A DNA stretch of 51,485 nt from Gemmatimonadales bacterium (GCA_038240975.1 JBBRGF010000002.1:1-51485), one strand, 5' to 3'; counted from the stretch's first letter, positions 25,034-34,320 are shown. Numbers and translations are program-made. Notes: generated by a model from the letters alone, not told the origin.

Positions 25034-26008
25034 CTAGTACACCTGGATCCAGCTTCTCTGTCCCAACGGCTCGGCAAAGGCGGCCGCCGCCAGAGCCTGC
25101 CTCAGTGCGCACGACGAGTACTCGATGCTGACCATGCCGGCGATGGTGTTCTTTCCGCTTGGGGCGCCGGCCACGAGTGCTCCGACGATGCGCGTGCGAC
25201 CTCCGGAGATACGGACCCTGCCGCGCGCGACGATGAGGCCGGTAAAGTCGAAGTCTCCCGTGATGTCGAGATCGCCCTCCACGAGAAGGATGCCCTGCCC
25301 TTTCACGCCCGAAGCAAGCTCGAGCCGGGGGCCATTCGCGTAGATGACGGATTGCCGGGTTGCACTCAGCGCTCCGCGCATCACCCTAGACCCCGGTAGC
25401 GTGTCCGAGAGCACGACGCCCGCACGTGCCTTCAGCCGATCGAAGGTGACATCGCCGAACCTCGTGAGCAGCTCGGAGGAGGGAGCCACGACGCGAGTGC
25501 CCGGCTGCTCGATACCGGGAGCGCAATCGTCTTTGCCGCTGACGACGACATCGCCGCCGGTGATTTCCACAGGCGCGGCCACGGTAAGGGCTGCCTCGGG
25601 GCCGGCGCCGAGGGAGGCAAGGCGCGCCATGATGGCGACGGTGCGCCGCGCCATCATGCCGCCGCCGGCGTTGGCGGTGGTACCGAGGCTCTTGACGAGA
25701 AAGAGCTGTTCGTTGAGCCGGGAAGCGGTGATGCGGTACGCGGTGCGGCCGGCAAACGGCACTCGCGGAAGCGTGAGCGAGGCACCGGGCGCCAGCGAGC
25801 CAAGACCCAGGACGTTCCATTGCTCGAGCGCCCGTACGGCCCCGGCTTCGGCGGCGTCGGCGGCCTGCGCGGCGTACAACGTGCTGCGCCCGGTGCGCTG
25901 CTCCAAGTGGCCCGCGAGAAAGGCGGCGGCGATGAGCCCACCCACGACCACGAGCGCGAAAATAGCGAGCGCCAACGCCATTCCGCGCTCGCGCTGACGC
26001 GACCTCAT
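25034..26008 (-). CDS. PilX-like minor pilin / pilus assembly protein
   Basis: It has a PilX_N-type N-terminus: RERGMALALAIFALVVVGGLIAAAFLAGHLEQRTG..LYAAQAADAAEAG. Its ATG overlaps the upstream gene's stop (ATGA). Confidence 0.75.
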   Translation of the reverse strand: MRSRQRERGMALALAIFALVVVGGLIAAAFLAGHLEQRTGRSTLYAAQAADAAEAGAVRALEQWNVLGLGSLAPGASLTLPRVPFAGRTAYRITASRLNEQLFLVKSLGTTANAGGGMMARRTVAIMARLASLGAGPEAALTVAAPVEITGGDVVVSGKDDCAPGIEQPGTRVVAPSSELLTRFGDVTFDRLKARAGVVLSDTLPGSRVMRGALSATRQSVIYANGPRLELASGVKGQGILLVEGDLDITGDFDFTGLIVARGRVRISGGRTRIVGALVAGAPSGKNTIAGMVSIEYSSCALRQALAAAAFAEPLGQRSWIQVY

Positions 26009-26901
26009 CGGAGCGTATTCCTGAGCGCGACGCTGGTCGAGAGCGTCAGGCTGTCGACCGCCGGCGGCGGCGACCCGGAGCGCACCGCGCCAACGGTGAC
26101 GCCCTTGAGCGTCCAGGAGATCTCGCGCACGTCGTTAGTGACGCCGGTGCCGGCGCCGTTACGGTCGAGATACATGAAGGTGAATCCGCGGCCGGTGGAC
26201 GTACTGTCGGCGAGCGGACCGAGCATCGGCTCGATGACGCCGCCGGCACTCACCGACCGCGAACCGAGCCACGACTTGCCGCCGGAGCGATAGTAGCGCA
26301 GCTCCATGACCTCGAAGAAGCGAACCGGACCGCCGAAAGTCATTCGGGCCGGCGCGGCCGCGGCAGCCGCAGTCGAATACGCAATGGAGAGCGCCAGCGC
26401 GGGACTGCCATCGTCACAGGTGCCGTTGGCCAGGCCACTGATGGCGGCATGCACCCAGGCGTCGTCCGCACTGGTGGCTGGGTTACCCTCGACGTACATG
26501 GTGACGCTGTCGCCGACCTGAGGCTGGCGCAGGGCAAGGAGGGTCGCGCGCCGAAGCCGGAGCTTGCCTCCGGCCGGGGCCGTGCAGGTGAATCCGATTC
26601 CGCGCATGGCCTTGTACTCGGTGCGCCCGGGAAGTGCGACCTGGAGATCGGGTGTGACCGAGGTAGCCGCCGCGAGCCCCGCGGTCGGCGGAATCGAGTC
26701 GTAGCCGATTTCCTTGAGCTCGGCGGCGACGATGAGGGCACCTCCCCGCACGTTGTCCTGCAGGCCGGCATGCTCCACCTGCGAACGGGAGACGCGCTGA
26801 TTCTGGGTGAGAAGCGTGTACGTCACCGCACCGACGGCGACGACGAGCACGAGGGCCACCATCATTTCGACGAGCGTAAACCCCCTTCGACCCTGTCTCA
26901 T
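26005..26901 (-). CDS. PilW-like minor pilin (prepilin-type N-terminal cleavage/methylation domain)
   Basis: MRQGRRG/FTLVEMMVALVLVVAVG..SQVEHAGLQDNVRGGALIVAAELKEIG. The ATG was verified at 26901. Confidence 0.8.
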   Translation of the reverse strand: MRQGRRGFTLVEMMVALVLVVAVGAVTYTLLTQNQRVSRSQVEHAGLQDNVRGGALIVAAELKEIGYDSIPPTAGLAAATSVTPDLQVALPGRTEYKAMRGIGFTCTAPAGGKLRLRRATLLALRQPQVGDSVTMYVEGNPATSADDAWVHAAISGLANGTCDDGSPALALSIAYSTAAAAAAPARMTFGGPVRFFEVMELRYYRSGGKSWLGSRSVSAGGVIEPMLGPLADSTSTGRGFTFMYLDRNGAGTGVTNDVREISWTLKGVTVGAVRSGSPPPAVDSLTLSTSVALRNTLR

Positions 26902-27281
26902 CCGCAGAGGATCACTGTCTGCAGCGTATCGTGCACCGGGCCACGTGCGTCGCGGTAGGTCAGGACGACGCTGACCATGCGCGAGAGATCGGCACCGGCT
27001 GGCGAGGCAACCATCCACCGCTCGGAGACACCGGCGGTTGTGGCGCTATCGCTGGAAAACTGCGGCGACATGCAACGAGGCTGAGTGGAAGACGCGATGC
27101 GCCGAAGACCCTCGAGTCGCGCGGTGGCCACCTGCACGGCGACAGTGGACTCGCGACCCCGGCCGATCATCCTGGTGACCATAGCCGACGAGCCGACGAG
27201 CGCCATGACGCCCACGGTGAGCAATACGACAGCCACCATGACCTCGACCATGGTGAATCCGCGGCGCCGGTGGAAGATCAT
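26898..27281 (-). CDS. PilV-like minor pilin
   Basis: MIFHRRRG/FTMVEVMVAVVLLTVGVMALVG. The ATG was verified at 27281. 127 aa. Confidence 0.78.
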   Translation of the reverse strand: MIFHRRRGFTMVEVMVAVVLLTVGVMALVGSSAMVTRMIGRGRESTVAVQVATARLEGLRRIASSTQPRCMSPQFSSDSATTAGVSERWMVASPAGADLSRMVSVVLTYRDARGPVHDTLQTVILCG

Positions 27282-27334
27282 GCTGGTGTCTGCCGGAACG
27301 AGGTGAGAAAGAAACCCGCCGGCGCGGTGAGAGT

Positions 27335-27349
27335 GCATGACCGGGACCA
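27335..27349 (-). promoter_or_regulatory. weak sigma-54-like element upstream of the minor pilin operon
   Basis: The minus strand reads TGGTCCCGGTCATGC. Only the invariant GG-N10-GC and partial flanks match. It lies about 54 nt upstream of the ATG at 27281. Confidence 0.2.
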
Positions 27350-27443
27350 CGAGGTAACATCGTCCCGGTGCACGATTTGATGGTTGCCCGTCAGTTTGCC
27401 GCGCTGCAAACAGTTGCAGACGGCGCAGTCTGTTGCGCTCGGC

Positions 27444-28820
27444 TCAATTAACCGGGAGGCGGCGCATCTTGTAGAACAACGTGCGGAGGCTGATGCCGAG
27501 AAGACTCGCGGCCTGGCGGCGGTTGCCGCCCGAGGCTTCGAGCGCCTTCTGAATGGCCTTGCGCTCGATGGCTTCGACCTGGCTCTTGAGGTCGAGCGTG
27601 GAGACGCTGCCGTTGGTGTAGCCGGCAGCTCCGTTGCCATTGCCATTGCCGTTGCCATGCCCGATTGCGAAGTCCTTGGCGTCGAGGGAGCCGCCCGTGC
27701 CGAGCACGGCCGCGCGCTCGACGGCATTGCGAAGCTCGCGTACGTTACCGGGCCACGGATGATGGGTGAGCGCCGCGAGCGCGGCGGGAGTGAGGCTCAC
27801 CGGATGGCCGAGCTTTGTCGCGGCGAGCCGCGCGAAGTGCGCCACGAGTCCGGGCACATCTTCGGGACGCTCCCGAAGCGGTGGAAGGTGCAGCCGCACG
27901 ACGTTGAGCCGGTAGAAGAGATCGGCCCGGAATTGCCCCTGCTCGACCGCCTGCTCCAGCGGCTTGGCCGTGGCCGCGATGACGCGCACGTCCACCTTCC
28001 GCTCCTCCCGGCCACCGACACGGCGGATGGCATTTTCCTCGAGCACCCGAAGCAGCTTGGCCTGGAGGTCGAGGGGAAGATCGCCGATCTCGTCGAGCAG
28101 CAGAGTGCCCTGGTGCGCCATCTCGAACAGGCCTGGGCGATCGGCGGTGGCCCCCGTGAATGCGCCCTTGGCGTGACCGAACAGCTCGCTTTCGAGCAGG
28201 TGCTCGGGGATCGCGGCGCAGTTGATCGCGGTGAAGTTGCTTTCGCTGCGTGGGCTCATCCGGTGAATGGCGCGAGCCAGCACTTCCTTGCCGGTTCCAC
28301 TCTCACCGGTGATAAGCACGGTGGTATTGTGCCGTGCCACCCGGCTCGCGAGGTCGAGCAGGTCGCGCATACTGCGGCTCTCGCTCACGACGAGGTCCTG
28401 CACCACACCGGCGCCGAGGCTCGAGCGCAGTTCCTCGACCTCGCGGCGGAGCTTTTCGCGCTCCGCGGCCTTCCGGATGGTCAGCGTGACTTCGTCGGGC
28501 CGGAACGGCTTCTGGAGGTAATCGTACGCCCCTTCGCGCATGGCGGCGATGGCGGCGTCCTCGCTGCCGTACGCGCTCATCATGATGAGCAGCGCGTCGC
28601 CCTCCTCGGCACGGTACCGCCGCAGGAAAGTGAGGCCGTCCATCTTGGGCATGCGCACGTCGCAGAGGATCAGATCGAACGCTTCGGCTGAGGCGCGCTC
28701 GAGCGCCCGCTCAGGGTCGCTCTCGGCTTCGACCTGATAGCCGGACTCGGCGAGCAGCAGGCCAAGCGACTGCCGGAGGCCGGCGTCGTCGTCAACGATC
28801 AACAGCCGCATCGATCTCAC
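27444..28820 (-). CDS. pilR: sigma-54-dependent response regulator (PilR-like)
   Basis: The receiver has DD and D (LILCDVRMP). The AAA+ core has GESGTGKE and GAFTGA, and there is a C-terminal HTH. The gene lies inside the pilus cluster, next to a histidine kinase gene. Confidence 0.88.
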   Translation of the reverse strand: MRSMRLLIVDDDAGLRQSLGLLLAESGYQVEAESDPERALERASAEAFDLILCDVRMPKMDGLTFLRRYRAEEGDALLIMMSAYGSEDAAIAAMREGAYDYLQKPFRPDEVTLTIRKAAEREKLRREVEELRSSLGAGVVQDLVVSESRSMRDLLDLASRVARHNTTVLITGESGTGKEVLARAIHRMSPRSESNFTAINCAAIPEHLLESELFGHAKGAFTGATADRPGLFEMAHQGTLLLDEIGDLPLDLQAKLLRVLEENAIRRVGGREERKVDVRVIAATAKPLEQAVEQGQFRADLFYRLNVVRLHLPPLRERPEDVPGLVAHFARLAATKLGHPVSLTPAALAALTHHPWPGNVRELRNAVERAAVLGTGGSLDAKDFAIGHGNGNGNGNGAAGYTNGSVSTLDLKSQVEAIERKAIQKALEASGGNRRQAASLLGISLRTLFYKMRRLPVN

Positions 28821-29898
28821 TCGCTATGGGTAGGAACACCATGAAGACCGCACCACCTTCCCCCGAAGGGTCGACCCAGACGACTCCCCCGCTCTCGTGC
28901 ACCGTCCGGGCCACGATTGCGAGCCCGAGCCCGGTACCCTCGCCCGGGTCCTTGGTGGTGTAGAACGGATCGAAGACCCGGTCGCGATCGGCCTCGGGAA
29001 CACCGGGACCCTCATCGGTTACGTACAACAGCACTCCAGGAGATCCTGCCGGCAGCCGTGGAGAGGTGCGTGTTTCGCACCCTCTGGCCGCCGTGCCCAC
29101 GGCGATGCGTCCTCGGGGAGCGGCCTGGCACGCGTTGACTACCAGATTGACGACCACCTGCTCGAGCCGGTGCTCGACGCCGCGGACGAGTGGAAGGCCT
29201 TCGGCCAGCGCGATGTCTACGGCGTGGCCGGAAAAGGTCCCCTGCGCCCTCAGGAAATCCATGACCCGCTGCACCGAGGCGTTCAGATCGGTGGAGGGAA
29301 TCCCCGAACCGTTCGGCTCCCGCTGTCCGGGCACAGGACGGGCATAATCCACGAGTCCTTGCACGATCCGCTCGATCCTCTCGATCGCACAACGCATGTC
29401 ACCGGTGACTGCCGGATCGGTTCCGCGCCGCTGGAGGACCTCGACGTAAGTGCCGAGCGCACCGAGGGGATTGCGCACCTCGTGGGCGACTCCCGCGGCC
29501 AGCCTTCCGATGCCGGCGAGCTTCTCTACCTGGACCACGTGGCCTTGCACATCGAGCAAATCTTCTGCCATGGCTCGATAGCGGGCCGCAAGCCGGTCGA
29601 GCTCGACCGATCCGTAGTCCACCTGTTCGGTCCGGACCTCCCGGGCGGCGAGCGCGTCGGCTTCGGCGGTAAGGCGGTGCAACGGCCGGATGACCAGCCT
29701 GTGCAATACGGACATGCCGAAGATGATGAAGATCGTCGTGCACCCGAGCCACAGCGCACCGAGGGGCCGGATCGTTTCGCGAAGGCTGCCGCCGGTGAGC
29801 AGGAGGGTGGTAAGCCCGACCAGGATCACCGCGGCGGAGGTGACGAAGCCGAAGCTGACGAGTAGCTCCGTGCGAAGCGATCGTGCGGGTGATGCCAT
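28792..29898 (-). CDS. pilS: sensor histidine kinase (PilS-like)
   Basis: It has two N-terminal TM segments, an H-box AAGVAHEVRNPL, and HATPase motifs (DEGPGVP, GTGLGLAIV). It overlaps the pilR start. Confidence 0.85.
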   Translation of the reverse strand: MASPARSLRTELLVSFGFVTSAAVILVGLTTLLLTGGSLRETIRPLGALWLGCTTIFIIFGMSVLHRLVIRPLHRLTAEADALAAREVRTEQVDYGSVELDRLAARYRAMAEDLLDVQGHVVQVEKLAGIGRLAAGVAHEVRNPLGALGTYVEVLQRRGTDPAVTGDMRCAIERIERIVQGLVDYARPVPGQREPNGSGIPSTDLNASVQRVMDFLRAQGTFSGHAVDIALAEGLPLVRGVEHRLEQVVVNLVVNACQAAPRGRIAVGTAARGCETRTSPRLPAGSPGVLLYVTDEGPGVPEADRDRVFDPFYTTKDPGEGTGLGLAIVARTVHESGGVVWVDPSGEGGAVFMVFLPIASEIDAAVDR

Positions 29899-29907
29899 AC
29901 GTTACAC

Positions 29908-30297
29908 CTAGGTGCAGGCGACTCGTCCCTCGACCGTGGCCGGCGCGACTGGAGTCGCGGTGCCCATGAAAATCGCGCAGGTTCTGCTGGTGCTCGCGTG
30001 CGTCGCTTCGGCCGCCCACCCCGTCGCGCTGGCGTTGCTGAGCGTGATAGTGACCTTCGCGGACGGATCGAAGGGCAGGGTCGGATTCGGCACTGCCCCG
30101 CCGTAGTAGACCTGGCCACTCGAGTAGAAGGTCTCTTCCGCCGATATCAGATTCCGGAGGTCGGTCTTCAAGGCCGTAACCACCGCGCGCTCTTTGCTGT
30201 TGCCGAAGTTCGTGATCGCAATAGCCGTGAGTATCCCGAGGATTACCGCGACGATCAGGAGCTCGATGAGGGTGAAGCCTCTATGATCGCGTCTCAC
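29908..30297 (-). CDS. type IV pilin (second copy)
   Basis: GTG start. MRRDHRG/FTLIELLIVAVILGILTAIAITNF, with a C-terminal Cys pair (..TCAIFMG..RVAC). Confidence 0.88.
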   Translation of the reverse strand: MRRDHRGFTLIELLIVAVILGILTAIAITNFGNSKERAVVTALKTDLRNLISAEETFYSSGQVYYGGAVPNPTLPFDPSAKVTITLSNASATGWAAEATHASTSRTCAIFMGTATPVAPATVEGRVACT

Positions 30298-30319
30298 GCC
30301 AGTCTCCCGTCGGGTGACT

Positions 30320-30360
30320 GAAAGAGGAAAGGGGCGGCGACCGCTGTGGGCACCGCCCCT
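30320..30360 (-). terminator. rho-independent terminator after the first pilin gene
   Basis: The minus-strand RNA is AGGGGCGG-(15 nt)-CCGCCCCU followed by UUCCUCUUUC. It sits 20 nt after the pilin stop. Confidence 0.7.
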
Positions 30361-30379
30361 CCCTTTATTTCGCCAAGGC

Positions 30380-30802
30380 CTAGTAGCAGGCCGGGGCGCC
30401 CTCGTTCTTCACTGCGCCATTCGGGGCTACGCCACTGCCGACGTAGATGCCGCACGTCTTGATGGTGCCCTTGAGCACCGGGTTGGTCGAAGTGCCCGAC
30501 CACCCACCAGCGCTCTGCCACGTCAAGGTGACCGCGTTGCCGGCCGACGGCACGAAGGCCACCGTGCCTGCACCACCGACGCCGTTCACCTGCGCAGCAC
30601 CGACCTTGCCGGCGTAGTCCTGGTTGTCGCTGAAGAATGCTTCCTGCGCAGTGACGATGTTGCGCAGGTCGGACTTCATGCTGGCCAGCACGGCCTTTTC
30701 CTTCGTGTTCGCGAACTTCGGAATCGCGATCGCGGCCAGAATGCCGATGATGACGACCACGATCAACAGCTCGATCAGGGTGAAACCCTTGCGGTTCTGC
30801 AT
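30380..30802 (-). CDS. pilA: type IV major pilin
   Basis: MQNRKG/FTLIELLIVVVIIGILAAIAIPKF with a C-terminal disulfide loop (..TCGIYVG..APAC). The ATG was verified at 30802. Confidence 0.9.
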   Translation of the reverse strand: MQNRKGFTLIELLIVVVIIGILAAIAIPKFANTKEKAVLASMKSDLRNIVTAQEAFFSDNQDYAGKVGAAQVNGVGGAGTVAFVPSAGNAVTLTWQSAGGWSGTSTNPVLKGTIKTCGIYVGSGVAPNGAVKNEGAPACY

Positions 30803-30875
30803 ACTTCCTCCGGTTGAGTGTACGGCGGCCATCGATCAAGGTCGGGCGGTTCAGGTCCGTCCGGCATGGGGTAAG

Positions 30876-30890
30876 GCAACGCTTATGCCA
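30876..30890 (-). promoter_or_regulatory. sigma-54 promoter upstream of the major pilin
   Basis: The minus strand reads TGGCATAAGCGTTGC (TGGCAY-N5-TTGC), about 75 nt upstream of the ATG. The inverted repeat TGCATT-N9-AATGCA at 30939-30959 is a possible activator site. Confidence 0.75.
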
Positions 30891-31233
30891 ACCCCTGCCT
30901 CTTCTGGTCAACACCATCGGCAGATATGAGTTGCCTGTGCATTGCACCGCCGAATGCAAGCGCTGTCGAGCGCAGCCGGGGTGTGTATTGCAAGACCTCG
31001 AACGAGTGACCTCCGATGGAGGGCAGGCGAAAGTCGCGGAAGTTGGAAGGATGCGCGGCACCATTCCTCCGCCAGCGGGTCCAAACCAGCGGAAAATCGT
31101 CATGCATCTTCTTCACCGGCTCCCGCATAGCCGATTATCGAGGACTAGTGACAATCTTTGCACGGTTCTTGCCCGCCTCCGCACACTGTCAATCCATCAT
31201 CAGCCTTCAGCAAGAGTTAGGAGCCCCGCCGAC

Positions 31234-34200
31234 ATGATCCGCGCGCTCTACCTGCTCTTCGTGCTGTCCGGTGCCGCCGGACTGATTTACGAATCGATCT
31301 GGACCAGGTATCTCGGCCTCTTCGTCGGGCACGACGCCTACGCGCAGATCCTGGTGCTGATGATCTTTCTCGGAGGAATGTCGGCTGGCGCTCTGGCGGT
31401 GAGTCGCCGGTCGGCACGGCTGGCTCAACCACTCTATGGCTACGTCGCCGTCGAGTTCGCGGTGGGCGTCATCGGCCTCTACTTCCACGACGTCTTCCAG
31501 GCGACCACCTCCTGGGCCTACACATCGGTCTATCCCGGTGTTGCCGGCTCCTGGCTCCTTCCCGTGGCCAAGTGGGGCATCGCGAGTGCGCTGATCCTGC
31601 CGCAGTCGGTGCTCCTCGGTGCGACGTTCCCACTGATGTCGGCGGGAGTGCTCAGGTTGGCGAAGGACAATCCGGGCCGCTCGCTCTCGATGCTCTACTT
31701 CGCCAACAGCCTCGGCGCGGCGGCGGGGGTGCTGATCGCGGGGTTCTACCTGGTATCGCTGGCGGGGCTGCCCGGGACGTTGCTGACCGCGGCCATGCTC
31801 AATCTCATCGTCGCGGGGGCAACCGTAGTGGTGATTGTGGTCGCGAGAAATGCGGCGATCGAGGCCGAGGGTCGAGCGTCGCAGGACGACCTTCGACCCT
31901 CGACGTTGGATTCGCGGCCCGTGACTCGCGATCCGCGACTCGAACGCCTCCTCCTCTGGACCGCCTTCGGCACGGCCGTCGCCTCGTTCATCTATGAGAT
32001 CGACTGGATCAGGATGCTGTCGCTGGTGCTCGGGGGAGCGACGCATTCATTCGAGCTGATGCTCTCGGCCTTCATCCTGGGACTCGCGCTTGGCGCCTGG
32101 TGGATTCGTTCCCGCGCCGACCATCTCGCCAACCCACTCCGCACCCTCGGTGTTATTCAGTGGGTGATGGGGCTGCTCGCACTTGCGACGCTGCCATGGT
32201 ACGTCCAGTCGTTTCAGTGGGTCGCGGGCCTGCTTTCGACATTCGCCCGAAACGACGCGGGGTACACCGGCTTCACGATTGCCCGGTACGGGCTCTGCCT
32301 TTCCATCATGCTCCCCGCCACGTTCTGCGCGGGGATGACTCTTCCACTCATCACTCGTACGCTGATCGCCCGCGGAGGTGGAGAGCGCTCTATCGGGGCG
32401 GTGTATGCGTGGAACACCCTGGGCTCGATCGTCGGTGTCGTCGTGGGCGGGCTGGCACTCCTCCCGCTCATGGGGCTCAAAGGGATGCTGCTGTTGGGAG
32501 CGGTGATCGACATCAGTATCGGCGCGGTCCTACTCGCTCGGGCCGCGAGGATGGAGGGACGAGGGTTTCGACTCATGCCCGCCGCCGTGGTGTCCGGCGC
32601 GGTACTGGCGACCGCGGTCGGGCTCGGTGTTCGGTTCGACCGGAGCCTGCTCGCGAGCGGGGTGTATCGTACTGGCAGTCTCGTACGGCCGGGTGATCGG
32701 GAGGTGGTGTTCTACCGCGATGGAAGGACGGCGACGGTCACCGTCGGGCGCACGAAGGCGAATGGTATGACATCCCTCGCCACGAACGGCAAACCCGACG
32801 CATCGCTTTCGGCGGCCTGGTACCAGCCGTGCGATTCCGCAGCTCGCCGTACACCCCTCACGGCCGATGCCGCCACCCAGACGCTGCTTCCCCTCATGAC
32901 GCTCGCCCATGTGCCGCACGCTGCAAGCGCCGCGGTAATCGGCCAGGGGTCGGGCATGTCGTCGCATCTGCTGCTCGGAAGCCCGGGGCTCAAGAGTCTG
33001 GTGACAATCGAGATCGAGCCCCAGATGGTCGAGGGCTCGCGCGCTTTTCTGCCGGCCAACCGAAGGGCGTTCGAGGACCCGCGGTCGACGATCGTCATCG
33101 ACGACGCCAAGTCGTACTTCGCATCGGCGCACCGTCGATTCGACCTCATCATGTCCGAGCCGTCGAATCCGTGGGTGAGCGGCGTCTCCGGGCTCTTTAC
33201 TACAGAGTTCTACGGCCGGGTCGGCCAGTTCCTGACTCCCGACGGCGTGTTCGGGCAATGGATGCACGCCTACGAGCTGGACGACGGGCTGGTGCTGAGT
33301 GTGATGGCGGCGATCCACCAGAATTTCCGCTCCTACGAGGTATATCTCGCGCCGAGTAGCGACCTCCTCATCGTGGCGAGCAACCGGGACCGACTTCGCG
33401 CCCCGGACTGGTCGGTCTTCCAGGCGCCCGGCCTCCGCTCGGATCTTTGCCACTTTGCGCCGCTCACACCGTCCGTTCTCGACGCGCTGTCGATCGTGGG
33501 GCGGCAGGAGCTCGCGCCGCTGCTCGATTCCTACGGGCAGCCCAACTCGGATTTCTATCCGGTTCTGGATCTCGGCGCGGAGCGTCGCCGTTTCCGGCGG
33601 GATCAGGCCTCGGGCTTCACGGCGCTGTCCGATGAGTGGTACAACCTGCTCGCCTCGCTCACGGGCCGTCACACGACATCGGGCAGCGAGCCACTCCCTG
33701 CGTTGCCCGAGAATCCGCGTGTGCGGGCACAGGCGCTCTCTGCGCTGGTCCAGTCTCCCGAGGCGCAGGCGTTGTCGGACAGCCTCCTCGGTGCGCTGGC
33801 ACACCAGGCGATCTACCAGTCCGACATGTGGCGGGCGACGCTAGCCGCCGACCAGGAGCCGAGCAACTGGGAACTGTGGATGGAGCAGGCAAACGGAGTG
33901 GACCGGGTGCGGAACGGCGGGGCAGCCGGCAGCGCCGACGAAGCGTTCTACACATCTCTGACCCGCTTCATGGACCGGCATCACGCGCCCCAGGCTGCTC
34001 GCGACGCCGTCGCCTTCCGTCACGGTCTGGCGTCATGGAATTTCGCCGAGGCAGCCGCGGCCGGCCAACGACTGTTGCCCGTGGCGCTCAAAGAGCACCG
34101 CTGGATTTCGGCCGACGAGCTTCGTGACGGGCTGGTGTTCGCGCGGCTGCATCTGCGCGACGCCGGCGGCGCGCGACTGGCGCTCGACACCCTGGCCAAG

Positions 34201-34320
34201 TTCAGCGCCCGGCCGGCGGGAGACCTTCGGTCGCAACTGCTCGGTGCCTACGTGCTGGCCCTAGAGGGAATGAAGCCCGACGTGGCCCAGCCGCTGGGAG
34301 CGACGCCGGCTAGGCCTTGA
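31234..34320 (+). CDS. polytopic membrane protein fused to a spermidine-synthase-fold domain and a C-terminal helical region (1028 aa)
   Basis: The ATG at 31234 follows AGGAG. The N-terminal half has many TM segments (LYLLFVLSGAAGLIYESIWTRYLG..). The methyltransferase/PABS-like core reads VIGQGSGMSS..IEIEP..IVIDDAKSYF..FDLIMSEPSNPWVSGVSGLFTTEFY. The 140 upstream codons in the track ORF cover the pilin promoter region. Confidence 0.85.
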   Translation: MIRALYLLFVLSGAAGLIYESIWTRYLGLFVGHDAYAQILVLMIFLGGMSAGALAVSRRSARLAQPLYGYVAVEFAVGVIGLYFHDVFQATTSWAYTSVYPGVAGSWLLPVAKWGIASALILPQSVLLGATFPLMSAGVLRLAKDNPGRSLSMLYFANSLGAAAGVLIAGFYLVSLAGLPGTLLTAAMLNLIVAGATVVVIVVARNAAIEAEGRASQDDLRPSTLDSRPVTRDPRLERLLLWTAFGTAVASFIYEIDWIRMLSLVLGGATHSFELMLSAFILGLALGAWWIRSRADHLANPLRTLGVIQWVMGLLALATLPWYVQSFQWVAGLLSTFARNDAGYTGFTIARYGLCLSIMLPATFCAGMTLPLITRTLIARGGGERSIGAVYAWNTLGSIVGVVVGGLALLPLMGLKGMLLLGAVIDISIGAVLLARAARMEGRGFRLMPAAVVSGAVLATAVGLGVRFDRSLLASGVYRTGSLVRPGDREVVFYRDGRTATVTVGRTKANGMTSLATNGKPDASLSAAWYQPCDSAARRTPLTADAATQTLLPLMTLAHVPHAASAAVIGQGSGMSSHLLLGSPGLKSLVTIEIEPQMVEGSRAFLPANRRAFEDPRSTIVIDDAKSYFASAHRRFDLIMSEPSNPWVSGVSGLFTTEFYGRVGQFLTPDGVFGQWMHAYELDDGLVLSVMAAIHQNFRSYEVYLAPSSDLLIVASNRDRLRAPDWSVFQAPGLRSDLCHFAPLTPSVLDALSIVGRQELAPLLDSYGQPNSDFYPVLDLGAERRRFRRDQASGFTALSDEWYNLLASLTGRHTTSGSEPLPALPENPRVRAQALSALVQSPEAQALSDSLLGALAHQAIYQSDMWRATLAADQEPSNWELWMEQANGVDRVRNGGAAGSADEAFYTSLTRFMDRHHAPQAARDAVAFRHGLASWNFAEAAAAGQRLLPVALKEHRWISADELRDGLVFARLHLRDAGGARLALDTLAKFSARPAGDLRSQLLGAYVLALEGMKPDVAQPLGATPARP

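Noticed and set aside
30294-31103. 269-aa minus-strand ORF spanning both pilin genes' region
   Set aside because: It runs out of frame across the pilin gene, the terminator and the sigma-54 promoter. Its composition is Arg-rich. The pilin frames have clear prepilin leader and helix signatures.
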